This document shows, in pieces, positions 56,726-64,000 of a DNA stretch of 64,000 nucleotides; positions within the stretch are counted from its first letter, which is position 1; the number at the start of each line of letters is the position of its first letter. The notes beneath the pieces were generated by a model. It was not told where the DNA came from. It made no database searches and saw only the letters and a list, made by a program, of their open reading frames with translations. The stretch is taken from NCBI GenBank assembly GCA_965223325.1, contig CBDCWI010000002.1:3808001-3872000 (forward strand). Direction: 5' to 3'. Position numbers and translations under genes: made by a program. Source of the stretch: Candidatus Multivoradales bacterium. GTDB lineage: Bacteria; Acidobacteriota; Thermoanaerobaculia; Multivoradales; Multivoraceae.

Positions 56726-58107
56726 TGCGGTCCTCCTTCGTGCAGGGGATTGCCCGGCGATCCACCGATTGGTTCGCGGGCCTCGATGATGGGTGCGTTG
56801 TCACCGAGGTCGCGGGCAAGGTAACGGTCGAGGTGGGCGTGCACACGAGCCAGATCGGCCTGGGTGCGAGCGATCTGAATATTGACCTCGAAAAGGACCA
56901 CTTCGGCGTCGAGCAGATCGACGGCGTTGAGTTGCCCGGTTCCATAGGCGGTCTCTGCCGAACGTAGCGCTTCGGTTGCCTGCGGTCTGAGCACCGACAG
57001 CAGTAGGCGGTAGTGCTCGCGGAGCAACGGCAGGCGAGCGTGCAGATCGCCTACCGCCGAGCGAATCTGTGTCTCTTTCAATCGCCGCTCACTCTCGACC
57101 CTTGCCATCGTGGCCCGGATCTCATCTTCATTTGCAGCAAACCTTTCCTTGCGCAGGTAGAGCGGCATCGAGACCGTGAGCGCCAGGATGTCGTCACCGT
57201 TGCCTTCGGGCGGCATCAGACGTGCGGGTGCGTCGCCACGCTTCTCGACCATCGTGTAGGCGAGGCCCATGGTCATGTCCGGCCGGCGTGCCCGTTCTTC
57301 GAGCTCGAGGGCCGACCCCAGCGCGGTGAGCTCTGCATCGAGCGCCAGGAGGTCGGGACTCCGCTCGAGCGCCGTGGCGAGTCGTTGCTGGAGCGTCGGC
57401 TCCTCCGGTGCCATGTCTTCCTTCTCTATCGGAGTCGGGAGCTCGAGCCCCTCGATCGCTGCGACGGGGGCGCGATCGCGCAGCGCGTTCAGTTCGGCGA
57501 CCAGGGTCGCACTACGCTCGGTGATCTCGAGCAGGTTCGTATCGAGCCTGGTGATCTGTGCCTGGATGCGTACGATCTCCTGCTGCATCCCACGGCCGGA
57601 GGCGTAGCGCGCCTGGGCTGCAGATTCGTAGCGCTCGAGAACACGGCGCTCGCTACGCAGGAGAAGGGCGTGCCTTTCGAGAAAGGCCAGCTCGTAGAAG
57701 AGAAGACGGGTTTCTTCGATCAGGTCGAGCAAGACGGCTCGCGCCCGCTCTTTCGCCGGCTCGACCATGAGCCTGGCCGTTCGTTCGCTTAGTTCGAGTT
57801 TGCCTCCGAGGGGGAAGCGCTGCTCGACTCTTGCCTGCAGGCGTTGTGGTCCGACCCGGGTCTCGACTGGGAGTGCGAACCAGGTCGCCGACAGGGTGGG
57901 GTTTGGCCACTCGCGGGTTCCACGGGTGCGGGATTCGAGAACTGTAATGTGGCGCCGAGCATGCTCGAGCTGCAACGCGCGTTCGCGTACTTCGGCGAGG
58001 ATGCGAGTAAGCGCCGGAGGATCATCGGAGATGGGTTCGGCAGGTTCACCAGGCGCGGCGAGGGCAGCCTGGACCAGAAATAGCAAAGAGAGAATGTGAG
58101 GAGCCAT
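56722..58107 (-). CDS. TolC-family outer membrane efflux protein
   Basis: Signal peptide, PNP...EQRFP..GK, helical repeats; lies in the cus operon. Confidence 0.88.
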   Translation of the reverse strand: MAPHILSLLFLVQAALAAPGEPAEPISDDPPALTRILAEVRERALQLEHARRHITVLESRTRGTREWPNPTLSATWFALPVETRVGPQRLQARVEQRFPLGGKLELSERTARLMVEPAKERARAVLLDLIEETRLLFYELAFLERHALLLRSERRVLERYESAAQARYASGRGMQQEIVRIQAQITRLDTNLLEITERSATLVAELNALRDRAPVAAIEGLELPTPIEKEDMAPEEPTLQQRLATALERSPDLLALDAELTALGSALELEERARRPDMTMGLAYTMVEKRGDAPARLMPPEGNGDDILALTVSMPLYLRKERFAANEDEIRATMARVESERRLKETQIRSAVGDLHARLPLLREHYRLLLSVLRPQATEALRSAETAYGTGQLNAVDLLDAEVVLFEVNIQIARTQADLARVHAHLDRYLARDLGDNAPIIEAREPIGGSPGNPLHEGGPQ

Positions 58108-58312
58108 GAGAGTGTCCGTTCCATGGTGTTCACGGGAGTCGTTCTCTCGCATTCGCGACTGCGAATGCGCTAGCGTCTGAAGCGTTGGCACCGGTGGACC
58201 ACGCTTTCAAGACTCAAGCGAACACGGGTGGATCTCGCGCTAGAAACGCGTAAGAGGTGTGTCGGCGTCTTACGGAGGAGAAGAGGGCACAAGCCCTAAG
58301 CGCAGCGCAGGC

Positions 58313-58786
58313 TCAAATCAAGAGCAACTGATGGCGGGCAAGGCGCAGGCGGCCGCTCTCGACGTACGGTGCACTCCGGATGCCGAAGGGGGGTGAGAGA
58401 ACACTTGGCGGATTGTGGGTGAGCGGCGTTGGCGATGTTTGCAGTGCATGAACCATGGCGCCCGGGGCGGGGCGGAGGATCGGCATCTGCAGAGAGGCAT
58501 CGTTGACACTTTCCTCGCAACAGCCCGGCAACCACACCACCGTCGCTCCCGCACGAGCCGGCTGCGCGGCTTGCGCGCTCTCGGCTGGCGTTTGCGCGTG
58601 GCAGCTCGGCCCTTCGAGGGCCGGTGTGTCACCGGCAGCCAGGGATCGGTTCTCATCGACCTGCCAACCACAATGTCCGCAAAACAGCGCTGCCGCCGGC
58701 ACGACCGTAAGCACGGCGCCGAGCGTCAGGGCGAGGACGTGATCGCCGAGGTCGCGCAGCCTGAGGTTGAGAGGCGAAACGCTCAT
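58313..58786 (-). CDS. Cys/His-rich exported hypothetical protein upstream of the efflux operon
   Basis: CGHC, SCH, GCC motifs and a Pro-rich tail. Confidence 0.6.
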   Translation of the reverse strand: MSVSPLNLRLRDLGDHVLALTLGAVLTVVPAAALFCGHCGWQVDENRSLAAGDTPALEGPSCHAQTPAESAQAAQPARAGATVVWLPGCCEESVNDASLQMPILRPAPGAMVHALQTSPTPLTHNPPSVLSPPFGIRSAPYVESGRLRLARHQLLLI

Positions 58787-59011
58787 CGCGAGAACGACTA
58801 TATCAACAGCTATATCAACAGCGCCCACGCTCGGCACAACGTGCCTCGGCTTTGGGGGGGTCGGAGCGACCATGCGGCCAGCGCTCGCTCGGCGGTGCGC
58901 AGGCTAGCTCGAGCAGCGTGGAGCGCCATCTAGCGGATAAGCGCGCGCGGCTCTCCAGGGGTCCTCGCGTGCCGCGATCGACATGGGTGACGACGAGAAC
59001 TGCCTAGCAGC

Positions 59012-59884
59012 TCAAGTGGCGAGCGACGAGAGAAGTTGAGATGCCCGGGTGAGGGCCAGTGCTGCGAATGCGGTTGCTGCGAGGAGTCCCAGGTGTGAGA
59101 CTCGGCCGGGTAGAAAACTTGCCAGGCCGTAGAGCGCAGCCGCTGAGACGAAGGTCAGGACGTCGAGCTGGGCGATCAGCGAGTCGCGCAGGTAAGCTGG
59201 CAGCAGGACGAACCAGATGAGGACCCCGGCGGCGGCGGCGAAGCCGAGGAGCTTATCGCTCGTCGACGGCTGTTTCCCCGGCCACATGAGCGCCAGTGCC
59301 AGGCCCCCTGAGGCCAGGGCCGCTGGCAGTAGGGCGGCGGTGCGGGCTGCGGAAAGGGATGGCGCGGGGCCCTTGGGCGCCTCGCTGTGGACCACCAGTT
59401 CACTATTCGAGAGGGTCGTCGTTGCGTTCTCGTCGGTCGGCGGGCGCAGCGCCAGATCGTTCCAGGCGTAGCCGGCGACCAGGACGGCGAGGAGCCCGAA
59501 GGCGATCAACACCCGGTACTCGGCGCGGGCTAGTTTCCTCCACGTCATCAGGCCGAAGAGGTCGGCCATGGTCAGCGCCGCCAGGACAACGCCGAGTGCC
59601 AGCGCCGCGGGTGGCAGCTGCAGGAGACCGAGCCCCCGAAACTGGGTCGAACCGCTGATGGTACGCGGGACCGCGAGGAGCGGAAAGAGCGCCGCCAGGC
59701 CGGTCAAGGCCATCAGTAGAGTGCCAAGGACTGCCCAGGTTCGCTGCGCTTCCTGAGTGCCTTTCGGGACTTCCGTGGGGTCGGCACTGCCGGTCGGGCC
59801 GGTTCGGTGCGAGAGCGCCCACGGCGCGCAAAGGTGCGCACCGAGGGCAATCAGGCCGAGCAGCACGATGGGGGCCAGGAGCAC
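59012..59884 (-). CDS. Hypothetical membrane protein
   Basis: Multiple TM helices. Confidence 0.7.
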   Translation of the reverse strand: MLLAPIVLLGLIALGAHLCAPWALSHRTGPTGSADPTEVPKGTQEAQRTWAVLGTLLMALTGLAALFPLLAVPRTISGSTQFRGLGLLQLPPAALALGVVLAALTMADLFGLMTWRKLARAEYRVLIAFGLLAVLVAGYAWNDLALRPPTDENATTTLSNSELVVHSEAPKGPAPSLSAARTAALLPAALASGGLALALMWPGKQPSTSDKLLGFAAAAGVLIWFVLLPAYLRDSLIAQLDVLTFVSAAALYGLASFLPGRVSHLGLLAATAFAALALTRASQLLSSLAT

Positions 59885-59929
59885 CTGCCTATCCCCTCCG
59901 CTGGACCACGCGGAGTGCCACTCGGGCGG

Positions 59930-60085
59930 TCATTTCTTCTTGTCGTTCTCTTCTTCGGGCTCGGGCGGTTCGTTCTCTTTTGCCTGGTCGGCTCCGCACT
60001 TGGGGCATACGACGGGATCTCGGCCCAGATCGTAGAACTTCGTCGAGCAAGACCAACAGTCCCACTTGGCTCCAAGTTCGACCAT
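59930..60085 (-). CDS. FYDLN-acid family zinc-ribbon protein (not in the ORF track)
   Basis: Manual translation [51 protein letters not shown]. Confidence 0.88.
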   Translation of the reverse strand: MVELGAKWDCWSCSTKFYDLGRDPVVCPKCGADQAKENEPPEPEEENDKKK

Positions 60086-60396
60086 ACTTTCGCCTGAGTT
60101 TTCGGCCACGACCTATGCCCTCCAGGGGTTCAGAATTCGAACCAGCGGCGCGGAAGGTAGCACCCAGGCTCCAATGGAGTCAAACCGGGTGTCAGCGGTT
60201 CTTGGGCCTCAGGGGTCGCGTTCCGTCGAGCTGCAGGCGTATCATCACGGGTCCGGGGCGAACACCCGGTGGCCGGGTTCGGGCCCACTGCCGCCGGAGA
60301 GTGGGAATCCGGCGCGGTCTCAGCCTGTTTGGGATCCTGCGAATCCAGGCCCCTACGGTCCGGCTGCCACCCACGTTGGCAGCGGTGGAGATAACA

Positions 60397-61203
60397 ATGT
60401 TTCAGACCTCTCGTTTCGGTGTTGCTCGACGCGTGGCGACGGCTTTCCCAAGGGCTGAGGCCGTGGGCAGGAGACCAGGTGGCTGGTCGTGGCTGGCGCT
60501 GGTCGTGTCGCTGGCGCTCCTCGTCTCGGGAGCGGTTTCGCCGCTCGCTGCCGACGAGGAGCAAAGGGATGATCCTGTGCATCCACTCGCGGACGGTCTC
60601 ACTTCGCGCCAGCGACTCGATGCCCTGGTCGAACAGGTCAAGAGAGCGCAGCAGGCCATGAACTCGATGGTCGCCGAGTTCGAACAAACCAAACAGTCTT
60701 CGCTGTTGCTCGAGGCCGAGACCTCGACCGGCGAGTTCTCCTATCTGGCACCCGACCAGATCCGTTGGGAGTACGAAGAGCCGCGGCCGATCGTGATGGT
60801 GATCGACAAAGAGGAGATGACCACCTGGTATCCGGACCTCGAGCAAGCTGAGCGTCGTGAGGTCAAGCGTACGTCGGCGCAGGTTTTCAAGTACCTTGGT
60901 GCCGGCGGTTCTCTAGAGACCATGACCCGCTACTTCGCACTGACGGCGAGCTTTCCGAAGTCTCCAGAGAACCCCTATCGCCTCACTCTCAGCCCCCGCT
61001 ACCAGCGGGTCGCCAGGCGTCTTGCCGGCATGGAAATGCACATCGACCAGAAGACGTTCCTGCCGATCTACCTGCGGTACGAAGAGCCCAATGGCGATTG
61101 GACGGAGTATCGCTTTGTCGACACAGAACTCAACGCGCCGGTGTCACCCGAGACGTTCGAGCTCGAGATCCCGGCGAGCGTTCAGATCAAGAGCGGCGGG
61201 TGA
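60397..61203 (+). CDS. lolA: LolA-like outer membrane lipoprotein carrier
   Basis: AEFEQ, PDQIRWEYEEP, TWYPDLEQ. Confidence 0.8.
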   Translation: MFQTSRFGVARRVATAFPRAEAVGRRPGGWSWLALVVSLALLVSGAVSPLAADEEQRDDPVHPLADGLTSRQRLDALVEQVKRAQQAMNSMVAEFEQTKQSSLLLEAETSTGEFSYLAPDQIRWEYEEPRPIVMVIDKEEMTTWYPDLEQAERREVKRTSAQVFKYLGAGGSLETMTRYFALTASFPKSPENPYRLTLSPRYQRVARRLAGMEMHIDQKTFLPIYLRYEEPNGDWTEYRFVDTELNAPVSPETFELEIPASVQIKSGG

Positions 61204-62324
61204 CCCTTCCACATGGCACCTCTCGGCTTGCGCCACACTTTGAAGTCGGTGTCGAGCGGGGCCAGGCGCGGACCGGTCGTCTGGTCACACGTCATGGAGT
61301 GATCGAAACGCCGGCGTTCATGCCGGTGGGGACGCTGGGAGCGGTCAAGGGCCTCGGCCCCCGAGATCTCGAGGCGCAAGCTGCGCAGATCATGCTGAGC
61401 AACCTCTACCACTTGGTGGTGCGACCGGGGATCGACCGGGTCGTTGCCCTGGGTGGTCTCGAGGGTTTCAGCGGTTGGAGTGGGCCGACGTTGACCGACA
61501 GCGGCGGTTACCAGATCTTCAGTCTCGACGGTCTCCGCAAGGTCGAGGAGGGCGGAGTGACTTTCCGCAGCCATCACGACGGTTCACCGTTTCGTTTCAC
61601 TCCCGAGAACGTCGTCGAGTGGCAAGAGGCCATCGGCGTCGATCTGGCGATGATGCTCGATGAGTGCCCGCCTTGGCCGGTCGAGCGTCGGGTGGCGGAA
61701 CGGGCGCTCGAGCGCACCAACCGCTGGGCGGAGCGCGCCAGGGAGCGCTGGAGCGAGGGGCAGACGGCCCTGTTCGGCATCGTCCAGGGGAGCTTTTTCC
61801 CACAGTTGCGAGAACGCGCCACCGAGGCGATCGTCGATCTCGACTTTGCCGGCTATGCCATTGGTGGTGTCAGTGTCGGCGAGGCCACGACCCTTGGTCG
61901 GGACGTCGTCCGACAGGTCGTCCCTGGACTGCCCCCACACAAGCCGCGCTACCTGATGGGCCTGGGCACTCCGGAAGACATTCTGTTTGCCGTATCAGAG
62001 GGGGTCGACCTCTTCGACTGCGTCCTTCCCACGCGCAACGCAAGGCACGGCTACCTCTTCACCCGCGAGGGTACCTTGCGGATCAAGAATGCATGCTTCA
62101 AGGACGATCCTCGCCCGATTGACCCACAAGCTCCAGAACGCGACCGAACAGGTGTCAGCCGGGCCTTCCTCCACCATCTGTTCAGGGCGGGAGAGGTCAC
62201 GGGCAAGGTTCTAGCGACGGTCCACAACCTGGGGTTCTATCTTGACTTCATGACCGATCTTCGTCAGTCTTTGCGATCGGGCACCTTTGATGATCAGTTG
62301 CGGGCCTTCGGGCTCGAATCCTGA
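61200..62324 (+). CDS. tgt: tRNA-guanine transglycosylase
   Basis: TPAFMPVGT, TDSGGYQ, DEC, PRYLMG, FDCVLPTRNAR. Confidence 0.95.
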   Translation: MTLPHGTSRLAPHFEVGVERGQARTGRLVTRHGVIETPAFMPVGTLGAVKGLGPRDLEAQAAQIMLSNLYHLVVRPGIDRVVALGGLEGFSGWSGPTLTDSGGYQIFSLDGLRKVEEGGVTFRSHHDGSPFRFTPENVVEWQEAIGVDLAMMLDECPPWPVERRVAERALERTNRWAERARERWSEGQTALFGIVQGSFFPQLRERATEAIVDLDFAGYAIGGVSVGEATTLGRDVVRQVVPGLPPHKPRYLMGLGTPEDILFAVSEGVDLFDCVLPTRNARHGYLFTREGTLRIKNACFKDDPRPIDPQAPERDRTGVSRAFLHHLFRAGEVTGKVLATVHNLGFYLDFMTDLRQSLRSGTFDDQLRAFGLES

Positions 62325-62592
62325 AGTTCTCTGGCCTGGCAACCGCGAGCGGGCTAGTCACAGGTACCTTGTTGCGGCTGGGATCGTTCAATCGCGATCA
62401 CACGAATGCGATCGATCGGCCCTACGAGTGCCCACCGGATCAAGCGACCCAGCCAGACTCCCGGCGAGTCGATGCTTCAACAGCATGGCCGCCTGGCCTC
62501 TGACATGAGGTCGATTCTCAGCTGAACCTCAGGGCCGAACCTCTCGCGAAAAGCTCCCGAAAAGCGATCCCCGAACAGACCTGGAAGACGTC

Positions 62593-62907
62593 TTGACACC
62601 CATGCTCAGCCTCATTCTGCAGTCGCCCCAGGGCTCGATGATTTCGACCTTCGCGCCCCTGGTGTTGGTTTTCGGGATCTTCTGGTTCCTGGTGATCTGG
62701 CCGGAGTCGAAGCGGCGTCGTGAGCTGCAGCAGCAGATCGAGGCGTTGGCCAAGGGCGACAAGGTGGTGACCCAGGGCGGCCTGTTCGGAGAGGTGGTTA
62801 CCGTCGAGGCCGGATCAGTGCTTCTCAAGGTGGCTGACGGGGTACGGGTTCGGGTGACCAAATCCGGAATCGCGGGCCTCGCCGAGCCGCCGCAGGCGGC
62901 AAAGTAA
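62593..62907 (+). CDS. yajC: Preprotein translocase subunit YajC
   Basis: TM helix + GDKVVTQGGLFG; tgt-yajC-secD synteny. Confidence 0.93.
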   Translation: MTPMLSLILQSPQGSMISTFAPLVLVFGIFWFLVIWPESKRRRELQQQIEALAKGDKVVTQGGLFGEVVTVEAGSVLLKVADGVRVRVTKSGIAGLAEPPQAAK

Positions 62908-62996
62908 CAGCCGGCTACGGGTCGACCGGGCGAAGGCTTCTCTCCCAGACAGATGACCGAAACCGTGCCCACTGGGCCCGGAGATAGCGAAAGACC

Positions 62997-64000
62997 ATGA
63001 ACAATTCCCTCCTTTGGCGCGGCCTTCTCATTCTCGCGATCGTGGCTGGCGCCGCTCTCGTAGCCTTCCCGCTCGACGAGAAGGTCAACCTTGGGCTCGA
63101 TCTGCGAGGCGGCATGCATCTCGTTCTGTCTGTGAAGACTGAGGATGCTCTACGCTCCGAGACCGACAAGGACATGGAGGCGTTGATCTCGAGTCTCGAG
63201 GATGAAGACATCACCGGTGTCGAGGGTCTGCAAACCGCCGACAACAAGTTCACCTTGACCGGCGTCAGCTCCGATTCCGACGACGTGGTGCGCAAGACGG
63301 TTCGTGACCGCTACACAGGTTGGAGCGTGCGCCGTGTGGGTGAGCAGCTCGAACTAACGCGGGGCGAAGCCGGCAACGCCCAGATCGTCGACGGTGCGAT
63401 TCGGCAGGCGGAGAACACGATTCGGAATCGCATCGACCAGTTCGGTGTTGCCGAACCGGTGATTCACCGCGAGCTGGGAAGCAACCGAATCGTCGTGCAG
63501 CTACCCGGTGTCGATGACCCGGAGCGCGTCAAAGAGGTCATCGGCAAGACTGCGTTCCTCGAGTTCCGTCTCGCGGATTGGCCTACCGAAGGCTTCGGTG
63601 CGGCGAGTCGCGAAGAAGTCCTGGCGCACTACGGCGGTCGCCTTCCCGATCGCGTTGAACTCTTCGAACAGGACATCCGCGACGAAGAGGGGCAGCTCGT
63701 CGAGACCCGCTACTGGGGCCTCGAGGCTCAGCGGGTGATTACCGGGCGAGATCTGCGTGATGCGCGACCGAGCCGCGGACAATTCCAGGAGGCGGTTGTC
63801 GCCTTCACCCTCAAGGCCGATGCTGCCAAACGCTTCGGTGAAATCACTGGCGCCAACGTTGGCCGCAGTCTTGCCATCGTGCTCGACGGCAAGCTGCAGT
63901 CAGCACCGACGATCAACGACCGCATCAGTGATTCGGGCATTATCCAGGGTCGCTATACCTCTGAAGAAGTGCAAGACCTGGTGACCACGCTCAAGAGTGG
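62997..64000 (+). CDS. secD: Protein translocase subunit SecD (partial)
   Basis: Manual translation NLGLDLRGGMHLVL, RNRIDQFGVAEP, LAIVLDG. Confidence 0.95.
   Translation, partial: MNNSLLWRGLLILAIVAGAALVAFPLDEKVNLGLDLRGGMHLVLSVKTEDALRSETDKDMEALISSLEDEDITGVEGLQTADNKFTLTGVSSDSDDVVRKTVRDRYTGWSVRRVGEQLELTRGEAGNAQIVDGAIRQAENTIRNRIDQFGVAEPVIHRELGSNRIVVQLPGVDDPERVKEVIGKTAFLEFRLADWPTEGFGAASREEVLAHYGGRLPDRVELFEQDIRDEEGQLVETRYWGLEAQRVITGRDLRDARPSRGQFQEAVVAFTLKADAAKRFGEITGANVGRSLAIVLDGKLQSAPTINDRISDSGIIQGRYTSEEVQDLVTTLKS

Noticed and set aside
42231-57792. Long antisense ORFs (e.g. 42231-43574, 51181-52128, 57013-57792)
   Set aside because: These are typical shadow ORFs opposite well-supported genes in high-GC DNA.

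Overview
High-GC bacterial chromosome segment with two parts. (1) Positions 1 to ~22.0 kb hold a large integron. It has the 3' end of an integron integrase (intI, + strand), an attI core at 511 and ~30 gene cassettes delimited by attC sites of mostly 74-87 bp. The array lies downstream of intI and in the same orientation (inverted-integrase layout). It contains an exact duplicate of cassette 1, eight consecutive toxin-antitoxin cassettes with apparently leaderless promoters, an unnamed TA-like gene pair present twice, and two IPTL-CTERM-like surface proteins. An IS110/IS1111-type element is inserted at the same position of attC in two near-full copies and one end remnant; it carries a highly conserved, structured ~480-nt non-coding end (bridge/seekRNA candidate). 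(2) From ~22 to 64 kb are housekeeping-type genes: moeA, pilT-pilC-pilS-pilR, an uncharacterised asparagine-synthase-like / radical SAM / flavin halogenase-like operon running into modABC, tmk preceded by a 98-bp tandem repeat of its own 5' end, holB, dsbA-like, a PLP decarboxylase, an IYD-like nitroreductase, manC, trmB, a cusCBA-like RND efflux system, lolA, tgt, yajC and secD. Gene content is reminiscent of Acidobacteriota, but that is inference only. All alignments and motif calls were made by eye.
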